DNA from: Verrucomicrobiia bacterium
GTDB lineage: Bacteria; Verrucomicrobiota; Verrucomicrobiia; Limisphaerales; UBA1100
DNA length: 64,000 bases
NCBI GenBank assembly: GCA_014239365.1
Contig: JAAZZB010000033.1
Span: 10,669 to 74,668 of the forward strand
Direction: 5' to 3'
Below the pieces are notes generated by a model. That model searched no databases. It saw only the letters and a list, made by a program, of their open reading frames with translations, and was not told the origin of the DNA. This document shows, one piece after another, positions 55,257 to 64,000 of this stretch (position 1 is its first letter; every line of letters begins with the position of its first letter). The translations under genes and the position numbers were made by a program.

Positions 55257-55610
55257 ATGGAGCCGGTGCAGGAGCAATCGCCCGATGTGCCCAATGTGGC
55301 GAAAGCGCGCAAACTGGGCATACTGATTTCCGTCGCGCCCACGCACGCCAGCTTTCACCACGGCCTCCAGCTCGCCGCCGCCGCACTCACCGCCAAAGAC
55401 GAAGTCTACCTCTACTGCCTCGACGACGCCGTGGCGGGTGTGGAAGACGAGCGCGTCCAAACCCTGCGCGGCCACGGCCTCCGCCTTTTCGCCTGCGCCT
55501 ATGCCTGCCAACGGCGCAAAATTGTTCCCGGCGAAAACGCTTTGTACGGCGGCCTCACATTGCTCAACGACGTAATGTCCGCCACCGATCGCTTTGTCAG
55601 TTTCAACTAA
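55257..55610 (+). CDS. DsrE/TusD-like sulfur-relay protein
   Basis: 117 aa. KLGILISVAP and LRLFACAYACQRRKI (the conserved Cys region), with a C-terminal DRFVSF. Confidence 0.65.
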   Translation: MEPVQEQSPDVPNVAKARKLGILISVAPTHASFHHGLQLAAAALTAKDEVYLYCLDDAVAGVEDERVQTLRGHGLRLFACAYACQRRKIVPGENALYGGLTLLNDVMSATDRFVSFN

Positions 55611-55616
55611 AATAGT

Positions 55617-56009
55617 TTGATGGAAACCCTCGCCGACAAATTGCAAGTCGACCTCAAGCCCAAGCGCAAAGTGCTCATCATCATCGATGCCGATCCACGC
55701 ACCAACCCGCGCGCTGCCGAGGCCGTGCGTTTGGCGGGCGGCGTGTGCGTTTGGGAACAGGTGGAAGTGAGCGTCGTGCTGCACCACGCCGCCGCCCACG
55801 CGCTCAGCGAAGCCGCGGCGGATTTGCCCGACAGCAAAATGTACAAACAATTTCTCCCGATGGTTCGCGAAAAAGGCGGACGCGTGTACGTGATGCCCGA
55901 TGAAAAAACAATGGAAACCCTCGACACCGAAGTGATTCTAAAAAACCACCTCAAAGAACCCGCCCTCGCCGAGCTGGCCGCCGAAGCGGAAATGGTAATG
56001 AGATTTTGA
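55617..56009 (+). CDS. DsrF/TusC-like protein
   Basis: 130 aa. It has the DsrE-fold pattern KVLIIIDADPR...AAEAVRLAGG and lies adjacent to the DsrE-like gene. Confidence 0.55.
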   Translation: MMETLADKLQVDLKPKRKVLIIIDADPRTNPRAAEAVRLAGGVCVWEQVEVSVVLHHAAAHALSEAAADLPDSKMYKQFLPMVREKGGRVYVMPDEKTMETLDTEVILKNHLKEPALAELAAEAEMVMRF

Positions 56010-56010
56010 A

Positions 56011-56193
56011 ATGGCCCGCATCATCCACATCCTCACCCGCGAAGACGATCCGTTGCCCGCCGGCATCATCGCCGCTCAGGAAACCATCGGCCACGAAACC
56101 CGCGTCATCGACCTCACCGAAGTGGACCCCAACGGCGACTACTCAATCCTGCTCGAAGAAATTTTTGCCGCCGATTCCGTGCAAGTTTGGTGA
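56011..56193 (+). CDS. Short DsrH/TusB-like protein
   Basis: 60 aa, MARIIHILT...EEIFAADSVQVW. The N- and C-terminal patterns resemble DsrH/TusB, but it is about 35 aa shorter than I would expect. Confidence 0.45.
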   Translation: MARIIHILTREDDPLPAGIIAAQETIGHETRVIDLTEVDPNGDYSILLEEIFAADSVQVW

Positions 56194-56199
56194 GGGTAA

Positions 56200-56307
56200 G
56201 GGAGGGCGAAGCTCCTGCTGAGCCGAAGGGCGGCGCAGCCGATCTTTGTTTACAATAACAAGGCTCGCGTTCCGCGCGCCTCGGCTCAGCGGGAGCTTCG
56301 CCCTCCC
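56200..56307. repeat. R3 second copy (MITE-like, 27-nt terminal inverted repeats)
   Basis: The arms at 56200-56226 and 56281-56307 are identical to those at 1709-1823. The interior motif cgcgttccgcgcgcc is the reverse complement of ggcgcgcggaacgcg in copy 1, so this copy is inverted. Confidence 0.8.
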
Positions 56308-56415
56308 GGGTGGGGATTTTGTGGATTGCGAACACTCGAAGCCGATTGACTTTTGGGCCTCAAATGAATAGCCTCCCGCAACTCGTGGATGACCCGCGGG
56401 CGGGAGAAAAAAATT

Positions 56416-56715
56416 ATGGCTTACGTTGTTACCGGTGCCTGTGTCGATTGCGTTTACACGAGCTGCGTGGATGAATGTCCCGTGGCCGCCTTTCACGAAG
56501 CGCCCGACAAACTGTTGATCAACCCCGAAACCTGCATCGACTGCGATGCGTGCGTCGCCGCGTGCCCCGTCGAAGCCATCCACGCTGAAGACGATGTGCC
56601 CGAAGATCAACAGGAATGGATCGCCATCAATCTGACCGCCGAAGAATTCCCAGTCATCGAAGCCGCCAAAGATGCCCTCAAAGGGCCTAAGTGCGTGAAC
56701 CCTAACGCGGCTTAA
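56416..56715 (+). CDS. fdxA: 7Fe-type ferredoxin (FdxA-like)
   Basis: MAYVVTGACVDCVYTSCVDECPVAAFHE...CIDCDACVAACPVEAI...VPEDQQEWI. The cysteine pattern CxxCxxxC..CP / CxxCxxC..CP is as in Azotobacter-type ferredoxin I. Confidence 0.88.
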   Translation: MAYVVTGACVDCVYTSCVDECPVAAFHEAPDKLLINPETCIDCDACVAACPVEAIHAEDDVPEDQQEWIAINLTAEEFPVIEAAKDALKGPKCVNPNAA

Positions 56716-56736
56716 TTTAGCCGCGCTTCAAAATTT

Positions 56737-57435
56737 TTATTCAGTCAAACTTTCGAGGATTACCTCGGCGGCGGCGCGTGGGTTTTCGGCGGCGCAGATG
56801 GGTCTTCCGATGACGAGCCAACTGGCTCCGGCTTCGATGGCTTGGGCGGGGGTCATGATTCTTTTTTGGTCGCCGGTGGCGCTGTTGGCGGGGCGGATGC
56901 CGGGGGTGACGAGCTGTATGTCGTCGGGGAGGATTTTTCGTAGGGGGGCGATTTCCATTGGGGAACAGACGAGGCCTTTGAGGCCGGCGGCGGTGGCGAG
57001 GGTGGCGAGGTGTTGGACTTGGTCGGCGGGATTTTTTTGGATGCCAAGTTCTTCCAAATCACTTGTGTCCATACTGGTGAGGACGGTGACACCGAGGATG
57101 AGGGGGGTGTTCTCGGATTCATCAGCAGCGGCTTGGGCGGCGCGGAGCATTTGGGTGCCGCCGCTGGCGTGGACGGTGAGCATTTGCACATCGAGCCGCG
57201 CGGCGCTGGCGACGGCTTTGGCGACGGTGTTTGGGATGTCGTGGAATTTGAGATCGAGGAACACGCTCGCGCCGGTGTCGCGCACGCGGCGGACGATGTC
57301 GGGCCCTTCGGCGACGAAGAGTTCTTTGCCGATTTTGAATGCGCCGACGGCGGGGGCGAGTTGTTCAGCGAGCGCCAGTGCGCGCGCGGCGTCGGGCACG
57401 TCCAACGCGGCGATGATGGGATTCTGATGATTCAA
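56737..57435 (-). CDS. pyrF: Orotidine 5'-phosphate decarboxylase
   Basis: IIAALDV, FKIGKELF, DLKFHDIPNTV and LVIGRPI are present. Confidence 0.93.
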   Translation of the reverse strand: MNHQNPIIAALDVPDAARALALAEQLAPAVGAFKIGKELFVAEGPDIVRRVRDTGASVFLDLKFHDIPNTVAKAVASAARLDVQMLTVHASGGTQMLRAAQAAADESENTPLILGVTVLTSMDTSDLEELGIQKNPADQVQHLATLATAAGLKGLVCSPMEIAPLRKILPDDIQLVTPGIRPANSATGDQKRIMTPAQAIEAGASWLVIGRPICAAENPRAAAEVILESLTE

Positions 57436-57483
57436 CGCGCGGAGGTTAGCATCCGCGCGCGCAATTGAACAGCCGGAAGCAGT

Positions 57484-58845
57484 TTAGCGTTTGCGCGGTG
57501 CGCGGCGGGGGTCGAAGCGGCCGTCGAGTTTTTTGGCTTTTTCGGGGTCGCCCATATCTGTGAGGCGTTGGCCGACGCGGTCCATCCACACGAGTACTTC
57601 TTTGTCCTGCGTTTGCACGCGGAGGGTGGAGAGATATTGTTTGCGGGCTTGGAGGGTTTCGGCGGGTACGTTGCGTCCTTCACCGAGGCGGCCGAGATAA
57701 TATTGGACGTTGCGCAAGCCGTCGTAGCGACTGCGTTTTTGTTTGTTGGGATCGGGATCCTGAGAGGCGAGCATTTGAAAACTTTCGACCATGCGCTTGT
57801 TGATGATGATGTTGGCGTCTTCGCTGACGCCGATGTAGTTGGCGGCAATCTGCCGGATGCTGCCGCGGTTGCGGTCGTCCAAGTCGGGGTTGTCGTAAAG
57901 ATTGGCAAGGATGGGCATCGCTTTGGAGCCGAGCACGCCAGTGAGGTAGCCGAGCACGGAGCGGTCGATATACGTGACCTCAGTTTCTTTGCCATCGCGC
58001 CCGCGGCGTTTGCCGGTGCGGACGAGTTGGGTTTTGGCTTGGTCAACGAAGCGGGTGTCTTTGTGTTGGCGCAAAATATTGAAGAGCATCCCGCGGTTTT
58101 GGCGGTCGAGCGCGGAAACGTTGCGGTCTTCCTCACGGATGGGCAGTGTAAGCAAATCGCGCGTGGCGAGCAGGTACGTTTCTTTGTGCACCTCGGGCGA
58201 AAGATTCTCGAGGGCTTGGGCGATGTACGCCACTTCGACGGCGCGCCTGGTTTTTTTGAGCACGTTGAGCAGCGCGTGTTCGGCGGCGGGGATGGCGTTG
58301 GCATCGCGCTTGCCAATGTGGCGCACGGTGTTCAGCAAACCAATGCGAAGGCTGGGCGGGAAAATGGGGTCGGGATAAATCCGGCCTTCGAGCCAAACGC
58401 CTGAGATAATTTCCGGTGTATTTTCGCGATACTCGAGGTCGACATTTTGGTTAAGGAAATTTTCGATGGCCGGGAGCGCTTGTGTACCCATTGAAGTGAG
58501 CTCCTCAAACTGGCGAATGACCTGCCGCACTTGGATGCGGTGCGCGTCGGTGTTGTTCGAGCGCCGGTCTTCGGTTGAGAGGTCAATCTGCTTCAAATAT
58601 TCCAAAACTTCCCGCGCCGATCCCGTGGCCGCGCCGGGCACCACCACTTCCTGCACAATAACTTCGGGTTTGCGCGCATTGGCGGCGTTCAGTTCGGAAC
58701 GCAAACTGGCGAGTTGTTCCTTATGTTTTTGGCTGGCTGAATCCGTGCGATCTTCGCGGGCCACGGTTTTCTGGCCGGAGACGATGACGTACGTTCCCGC
58801 GATGGAGACTGTGGCGACTGCAATAATGGCGACAATAATTTTCAT
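57484..58845 (-). CDS. Full-length member of the recurrent membrane-anchored family
   Basis: 453 aa. It has a TM anchor MKIIVAIIAVATVSIAGTYVIV, a coiled-coil-like EQLASLRSELNAANA, then RQVIRQFEELTSMGTQALPAIENFLNQNVDLEY, PPSLRIGLLNTVRHIG and LGRLGEGRNVPAETL. Confidence 0.75.
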   Translation of the reverse strand: MKIIVAIIAVATVSIAGTYVIVSGQKTVAREDRTDSASQKHKEQLASLRSELNAANARKPEVIVQEVVVPGAATGSAREVLEYLKQIDLSTEDRRSNNTDAHRIQVRQVIRQFEELTSMGTQALPAIENFLNQNVDLEYRENTPEIISGVWLEGRIYPDPIFPPSLRIGLLNTVRHIGKRDANAIPAAEHALLNVLKKTRRAVEVAYIAQALENLSPEVHKETYLLATRDLLTLPIREEDRNVSALDRQNRGMLFNILRQHKDTRFVDQAKTQLVRTGKRRGRDGKETEVTYIDRSVLGYLTGVLGSKAMPILANLYDNPDLDDRNRGSIRQIAANYIGVSEDANIIINKRMVESFQMLASQDPDPNKQKRSRYDGLRNVQYYLGRLGEGRNVPAETLQARKQYLSTLRVQTQDKEVLVWMDRVGQRLTDMGDPEKAKKLDGRFDPRRAPRKR

Positions 58846-58965
58846 TTTATAAAAACAACTTCCGGGTTTTTGACGCGTTTTAGTGGGAAAGGTTACCTCG
58901 GATTAATTCGGGGCGCGCTTGACCGCCAGCGTCGTGCGTGCATAGCTGTGCGCCGCGTCCCTTGG

Positions 58966-61900
58966 ATGAGTGGACGAGCAAAATTGTTCAATCAGATTTC
59001 CGCCACACCTTCGGGCCATGCCCTGTGGGAGGCCGTGGCGGCGGGCGGCGCTGTGTCTTGCTCGGGCGTGGACGCGGCGGGTTGGGCGCACTTAGCCGCC
59101 GAATTGCGCGCACGCACCGGCCGCACGGTGGTGCTCGTGGTGGCCAAGCTTAAGTTTCAGGAAACGCTCCAACAGGATTTGGAAACGTGGCTGCGCCTGA
59201 TGGAGGTGGACGCGCCCGCGCGGTTTTATCCGGATTGGGAAGTGCTGCCGCACGAAAACAAACTCCCCCACGCCGATGCCATCAGCGAACGGCTTGAGGC
59301 GTTGCAATCGCTTGCGGGCGAACACGCGCCGGTCATCACCGCCACGGTTGCGTCGCTGATGCAGTGCACGCTGCCGCCTTCGGAGATCGCCCATCGCACG
59401 CGCACGTTACGGTTGGGCGAGCGGTTGGATCCGCTGGACTTTATCGAATGGCTGGAGGCGCAGGGGTACGAGCCGGAAGCGCAAGTCACCGCGCGCGGGG
59501 AAATTTCGTTGCGCGGCGGCATCGTCGATGTGTTTCCATTTACGACGCCGTGGCCGGTGCGTTGCGAGTTTTTTGGTGATGAATTGGAATCGCTGCGTTA
59601 CTTCAATCCGCTCAGCCAAGTTTCGCGCGAGAAAATCGACAGCGCCACCTTCGCGCCCGGCGGCGAAATGGGTTTGCTGCGTGATCTCAAAGATAAATCA
59701 CGCGCCACGTTACTCGATCATTTGCCGGACGACGCCATTTTGCTTTTCTGCAATCCGGATGCCATCACCGAGGCCGCGGCGGAGAAGGTGATGGAGGTTC
59801 CCCCGGGCGATGCGTTCCATGTTGAGTGGACGACGCTGCTCGCGCGCATTGATGACCGCAAACTTTCGTGCGTGGAATTGCACGAACTGGCCGATGAAGC
59901 CGCCGACCTCACGCTGGAGATTCACAGCCTCGAGGCCTTTCGTTCGATGGATCAGCGCGCGGTGGAGCCGCAGTTGGTGGAAGCGCAGCGGCGCGAATTT
60001 TTTGCGCAACTTCACCGCTGGCGGAGGCAGGATCATGCGGTGGTGGTGCTGTGCAATAACGAGGGCGAGCAGCAGCGCTTGGAGGAACTTTGGCGCGAAT
60101 ATGGGTTTGCCGATGAGGGGAATGATGGCGGTGCGTTGGAGATTGCGCAGGGGGCGTTGAGTCGTGGCTTTTTATTTCCCGCCGGCAAATGGGTGGTGGT
60201 GAGTGATGCGGAAATTTTTGGCCGCTACAAAGTGCAACGCCCGCGCCGGCTCAAGAGCCGCCACGGCTCGGCGATGCGTTCGGCGTTTGATATTAATTTT
60301 ACGGAAATTGAGGAGGGCGATTTCGTGGTGCACGTACAGCACGGCATCGGGCGGTTTGAAGGGATGAAAGTGCTGCCGCTTTCCGGCGCGCGCGAAGGCG
60401 AATCGGAGAGTGGCCACGAGTGTTTGGTCATCGAATACGCCTCCACCGATCCGGACAATCCGCCGCCGAAACTTTATGTGCCCGTCAGCGAGGCGCATCT
60501 TGTGAGTAAATATGTTGGCGCGGGCAATGCCAATCCCGCGCTCAATGCGTTGGGCGGCAAGCGTTGGATTAAAACGAAAGAGAAAGCCGAGCGCGCAGTG
60601 GCCGATCTCGCCAGCGAAATGTTGCGCATCCAAGCCGTGCGCGAGGCGGAAGAGGGTCACGGCTTTCCGGAGGATACCGCGTGGCAGCGCGAGTTTGAAA
60701 CGGCGTTTATATACGAAGAAACCCCCGATCAGGAAAAATCCATCAACGATGCAAAGGACGATATGCAGCGGCCCAAGCCGATGGATCGGTTGATCTGCGG
60801 CGATGTTGGCTTTGGCAAAACCGAGGTCGCCATCCGCACGGCGTTTAAGGCGGTGATGGCCGGCAAACAAGTGGCCGTGCTCGTGCCCACCACGGTTTTG
60901 GCGCAGCAACATTTTAACACCTTCGCCGAGCGCATGGCGGATTACCCCGTGCGCGTGGAGTTGCTCTCGCGCTTTCGGACTAAAAAACAACAACTCAAAA
61001 CCGTCGAGGCAATGGCCGCCGGCGCGGTGGATATTGTCGTGGGCACGCATCGGCTCGTGCAGCCGGATGTGAAATTCAAGGACCTCGGCCTCGTGGTGAT
61101 CGACGAGGAACAACGCTTCGGCGTCGCGCACAAAGAACGCTTCAAGCAACTCCGCACGCACGTGGACGTGCTCACGCTTAGCGCCACGCCCATCCCGCGC
61201 ACGCTCTACCTCGCCCTCACCGGCGCGCGCGATATGAGCACTATCGAAACCGCCCCGCAGGATCGGTTGCCCGTCGAAACCATTGTGGCTGACTATAACG
61301 AAAAAATTATCCAACGCGCCATCCGCCGCGAGTTGCATCGGGGCGGCCAGGTTTTTTTCCTGCACAACCGCGTGGGCACCATCCACACGATGGAACAAAA
61401 ATTGCGCGCCATTGTCCCCGAAGCAAACATCCTCGTCGGGCACGGCCAAATGAAAAGTCATGAACTGGAAAAAGTAATGACCGCCTTCATCAATGGCGAA
61501 GCCGACGTGCTGCTTTCCACCACCATCATCGAAAGCGGCATCGACATTCCGAACGCCAACACCATTATCATTGACCGCGCCGATCGCTTTGGCCTCAGTG
61601 ATCTTTATCAATTGCGCGGCCGCGTGGGCCGTTACAAGCATCAGGCGTACGCTTATATTTTGCTGCCGCGCCACGCCGCGTTGTTGGCCGACGCGCGCAA
61701 ACGCATTAGTGCCATCAAACAATATTCCAGCCTCGGCAGCGGATTCAAAATCGCGATGCGCGATTTGGAAATTCGTGGCGCGGGCAATCTGCTCGGCTCC
61801 GAACAAAGCGGCCACATCACCGCCGTGGGTTTCGAGATGTATTGTCAGTTACTCAAACAAAGTGTCGCTCGCCTAAAAGGCGAAAAAGTAAAACCGCGCA

Positions 61901-62433
61901 TCGAAGTGGAAACGCGATTTGATTTCCTCGCGCTCAGTCCTGAGCAAAACACCGGCTCCAAAATTAAACCCACCGCGCGCCCGCGCAAAAAATCGCCGGA
62001 GATCGCCGTGCCTCGCGAAGAATGGGAATGGGCCGAGTACGACGGCGTCGTGGAACGCGCCGAGGAAGAGAACACGTGTCCCATTGCGCCCGCGTATATT
62101 CCGCTCGATTACATCCAGCCGCCGCGCCAGCGCATTGACGTTTATCGCCGCCTCGCGCAGGCCGATTCGCGCGAGGCGCTCAAGCAATTGCGCGCGGAAA
62201 TCGTGGATCGCTTTGGCCCGTTGCCTGAGGCGATGGAGCATTTGCTGCTGGTTTCCGAGCTAAAAGTCATCGCCTCCGGCAAAGCGATTACCTCGATTGT
62301 GGCCGATAAAGACCGGCTCAAACTCCTGCGTAATGAGGAATTCATTTCACTGGCTGGCAAGTTTCCGCGTCTTAAAAAGAAAACCGCCGCCCCCCGCTTG
62401 CGGGAGGTGAAAAAGTTGTTATTGGCATTGTGA
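58966..62433 (+). CDS. mfd: Transcription-repair coupling factor
   Basis: It has a UvrB-homology N-terminus, an RNAP-interacting domain ([14 protein letters not shown]), SF2 helicase motifs ([39 protein letters not shown]) and a TRG/C-terminal domain. The start is uncertain: the ATG at 58966 is preferred over the track start at 58870. Confidence 0.92.
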   Translation: MSGRAKLFNQISATPSGHALWEAVAAGGAVSCSGVDAAGWAHLAAELRARTGRTVVLVVAKLKFQETLQQDLETWLRLMEVDAPARFYPDWEVLPHENKLPHADAISERLEALQSLAGEHAPVITATVASLMQCTLPPSEIAHRTRTLRLGERLDPLDFIEWLEAQGYEPEAQVTARGEISLRGGIVDVFPFTTPWPVRCEFFGDELESLRYFNPLSQVSREKIDSATFAPGGEMGLLRDLKDKSRATLLDHLPDDAILLFCNPDAITEAAAEKVMEVPPGDAFHVEWTTLLARIDDRKLSCVELHELADEAADLTLEIHSLEAFRSMDQRAVEPQLVEAQRREFFAQLHRWRRQDHAVVVLCNNEGEQQRLEELWREYGFADEGNDGGALEIAQGALSRGFLFPAGKWVVVSDAEIFGRYKVQRPRRLKSRHGSAMRSAFDINFTEIEEGDFVVHVQHGIGRFEGMKVLPLSGAREGESESGHECLVIEYASTDPDNPPPKLYVPVSEAHLVSKYVGAGNANPALNALGGKRWIKTKEKAERAVADLASEMLRIQAVREAEEGHGFPEDTAWQREFETAFIYEETPDQEKSINDAKDDMQRPKPMDRLICGDVGFGKTEVAIRTAFKAVMAGKQVAVLVPTTVLAQQHFNTFAERMADYPVRVELLSRFRTKKQQLKTVEAMAAGAVDIVVGTHRLVQPDVKFKDLGLVVIDEEQRFGVAHKERFKQLRTHVDVLTLSATPIPRTLYLALTGARDMSTIETAPQDRLPVETIVADYNEKIIQRAIRRELHRGGQVFFLHNRVGTIHTMEQKLRAIVPEANILVGHGQMKSHELEKVMTAFINGEADVLLSTTIIESGIDIPNANTIIIDRADRFGLSDLYQLRGRVGRYKHQAYAYILLPRHAALLADARKRISAIKQYSSLGSGFKIAMRDLEIRGAGNLLGSEQSGHITAVGFEMYCQLLKQSVARLKGEKVKPRIEVETRFDFLALSPEQNTGSKIKPTARPRKKSPEIAVPREEWEWAEYDGVVERAEEENTCPIAPAYIPLDYIQPPRQRIDVYRRLAQADSREALKQLRAEIVDRFGPLPEAMEHLLLVSELKVIASGKAITSIVADKDRLKLLRNEEFISLAGKFPRLKKKTAAPRLREVKKLLLAL

Positions 62434-62465
62434 CGCCTCAAACGCTATTTTGTCCCTACGCCATT

Positions 62466-62948
62466 ATGGCAGAAAAAAAGACCGACAATCCAAAAAAGCT
62501 ATCGCGCCAGGAACAGCGCGACCTCGACATCGAGATTCATTTTCTCGAAGGCGTCGTGAAACGCGATCGTCGCTACGTGGAGGCACTGCAACTTTTGGGC
62601 GACGATTACACCCGCCGCGGCCGTTTCGAGGAAGGGCTAAAAGTCGATTGCCGCCTCGCCCGTTTGTGCCCCGATGATCCGCTGGTGCATTACAATCTCG
62701 CGTGCAGTTTTTCTCTCACCGCTGAATTTCGCAAAGCCGCCAACGCACTTCGCAAAGCGTTGCACTACGGCTACCGCGATTTTGATTTTCTGAAAACCGA
62801 TCCCGACCTCGAACCCCTGCGCGGTCAACCCATCTACGCCAAACTCGAAAAAGAAATCGCCGAGTTTGAAGCAGGCGAAACAGGCGAAACAGGCGAAACA
62901 GGCGAAACAGGCGAAACAGGCGAAACAGGCGAAATAGGCGAGGTGTGA
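62466..62948 (+). CDS. TPR-like protein with a C-terminal (G-E-T)n tail
   Basis: It contains ALQLLGDDYTRRGRFEEGL...HYNLACSFSL...FLKTDPDLEPLRGQPIY. The tail is EAGETGETGETGETGETGETGEIGEV. The start is taken at the ATG at 62466. Confidence 0.6.
   Translation: MAEKKTDNPKKLSRQEQRDLDIEIHFLEGVVKRDRRYVEALQLLGDDYTRRGRFEEGLKVDCRLARLCPDDPLVHYNLACSFSLTAEFRKAANALRKALHYGYRDFDFLKTDPDLEPLRGQPIYAKLEKEIAEFEAGETGETGETGETGETGETGEIGEV
62872..62943. repeat. 9-bp tandem repeat (caggcgaaa) x7 plus one degenerate unit, in-frame
   Basis: Read directly from the sequence. The units are identical at the nucleotide level. Confidence 0.9.
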
Positions 62949-62949
62949 A

Positions 62950-64000
62950 ATGAACGTCCGCGTCAAGGGCCGCCGTCGTCATTACCGCACCGTCTCCTTT
63001 TCCGCGCGCACCAACGAAGTCATCCTCATCGAGCAGCGCAAACTCCCGCACACCTTCGAACTCACGCGCACCAAAAATTTCAAACAAACCGCCCGCGCGA
63101 TTACGAACATGACCGTGCGCGGCGCCGGAGCAATCGGCGCCACCGCCGCGTATGGGCTCGCCCAAGGCGCGCGCGCGTTCACCGGCAAAACCGAAGCCGC
63201 CTTCGCGCGGCATATTCAACGAGTTTACGAAACCCTCGCCGCCGCGCGCCCCACCGCCGTTGATTTGGTAAACGCCCTCAACGAAGTCCGCGCCGCAATG
63301 GCCGCTGGAAAAACCATTTCCCAAAAACAAAAACTTGCTCTGCGCGCCGCCGAGAAATTTGCCAATGACGATGTGGCCCACTGCGAAGCCATTGGAACGC
63401 ACGGCGCGAAATTGATTAAGAACGGCACGCGCGTGCTCACCCATTGCAACGCCGGTTGGCTCGCCTTCGTGGACATCGGCAGCGCCACCGCCCCGATGTA
63501 CGCCGCGCAAGCGCAGGGCAAAAATTTTCACGTCTACTGCGACGAAACCCGCCCGCGCTCCCAAGGTGCCGCGCTCACCGCGTGGGAACTCGCGCAACAA
63601 GGCGTCCCTCACCAAGTCATCGCCGACAACGCCGCCGGCCACCTAATGGCCCGCGGCGAGATCGACCTCGTCATCACCGGCAGCGACCGCACCCTCGGCC
63701 GCACCGGCGAGGTCGCGAACAAAATCGGCACCTACACCAAAGCCGTCCTAGCCGCCCGCCACAACATCCCCTTCTACGTCGCCATCCCCCTCTCCACCCT
63801 CGACTGGAATTTAAAAAGCGGAAAGGAAATCCCCATCGAAGAACGCGACGAAGCCGAAGTCCAAACCGCCTGGGGCACCGACACCCGCGGAACATTCCGC
63901 CAAGTCCAAATCGCCAACCCCACCAGTCCCGCCCGAAACCCCGCCTTCGACGTAACGCCCGCAGAACTCATCACCGGCATCATTACCCCCAAAGGAATTT
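62950..64000 (+). CDS. mtnA: S-methyl-5-thioribose-1-phosphate isomerase (eIF-2B alpha/beta/delta family), truncated at the 3' end by the window edge
   Basis: Absent from the ORF track because it has no stop in the window. From the ATG at 62950 it reads MNVRVKGRRRHYRTVSFSARTNEVILIEQRKLPH...ITNMTVRGAGAIGATAAYG...THCNAGWLA...YCDETRPRSQGAALTAWEL...GSDRT...GEVANKIGTY...IPFYVAIPLST...NPAFDVTPAELITGIITPKG, and stays open to position 64000. Confidence 0.88.
   Translation, partial: MNVRVKGRRRHYRTVSFSARTNEVILIEQRKLPHTFELTRTKNFKQTARAITNMTVRGAGAIGATAAYGLAQGARAFTGKTEAAFARHIQRVYETLAAARPTAVDLVNALNEVRAAMAAGKTISQKQKLALRAAEKFANDDVAHCEAIGTHGAKLIKNGTRVLTHCNAGWLAFVDIGSATAPMYAAQAQGKNFHVYCDETRPRSQGAALTAWELAQQGVPHQVIADNAAGHLMARGEIDLVITGSDRTLGRTGEVANKIGTYTKAVLAARHNIPFYVAIPLSTLDWNLKSGKEIPIEERDEAEVQTAWGTDTRGTFRQVQIANPTSPARNPAFDVTPAELITGIITPKGI

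Noticed and set aside
55002-55850. 282-aa minus-strand ORF
   Set aside because: It is antisense to the TPR gene and the DsrE/DsrF-like genes. No motifs were seen.
57432-58316. 294-aa minus-strand ORF overlapping 57484..58845 in another frame
   Set aside because: The alternate-frame product is low complexity (T/P/S/A/K). The chosen frame is supported by paralog conservation.
60172-61815. 547-aa minus-strand ORF
   Set aside because: It is antisense to mfd, which has unambiguous helicase motifs on the plus strand.
62716-63642. 308-aa minus-strand ORF
   Set aside because: It is antisense to mtnA, whose plus-strand translation carries all the MtnA/eIF-2B-family motifs, and to the tandem-repeat tail of the TPR-like gene.

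Overview
This is a GC-rich bacterial chromosomal segment. It is densely coded with many 4-nt ATGA/GTGA start-stop overlaps. The ECF sigma/Ser-Thr kinase pair, a SET-domain gene and the style of intergenic repeats suggest a PVC-group organism such as Verrucomicrobiota, but that is inference only. The backbone is housekeeping: asd, a NifS-like cysteine desulfurase, trpS, an 11-gene-type nuo operon, recF, a Xer-like recombinase, topB, ubiE/menG, hisF, hisI, trpE, ndk, lipA, ligA, pyrF, mfd, and mtnA, which is open at the right edge and missing from the ORF track. The nuo operon runs nuoA-B-C-D-I-H-J-K-L-M-M'-N, with no nuoEFG and two tandem nuoM genes.

Several accessory features are interleaved with the backbone:
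- An AT-richer island of about 4.2 kb (23.8-28.1 kb) sits at the 3' end of recF. It is bracketed by direct repeats of about 90 bp that duplicate the last recF codons. It carries a signal-peptide-bearing protein with a C-terminal HNH nuclease motif and a small adjacent ORF, a candidate toxin/immunity pair.
- A membrane-anchored protein family of unknown function recurs at four loci, one of them split into two genes.
- There are three or four type II toxin-antitoxin cassettes. One is wedged between hisF and hisI and flanked by direct copies of a local repeat.
- A second AT-rich two-gene operon encodes a Sel1-like protein and a protein with a perfect 12-bp tandem repeat.
- A four-lipoprotein LpoB/YcfL-like operon is present.
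- An ECF sigma, a small ORF and a Ser/Thr kinase with a LamG-like domain form a translationally coupled module.
- At least six families of palindromic REP/MITE-like intergenic repeats occur. Several of them supply the stop codons of core genes.

I recognised no rRNA, tRNA, CRISPR array, transposase or phage structural gene. The many long antisense or alternate-frame ORFs in the track are GC-driven artefacts. All percentages and family assignments come from reading the sequence by eye, not from searches.
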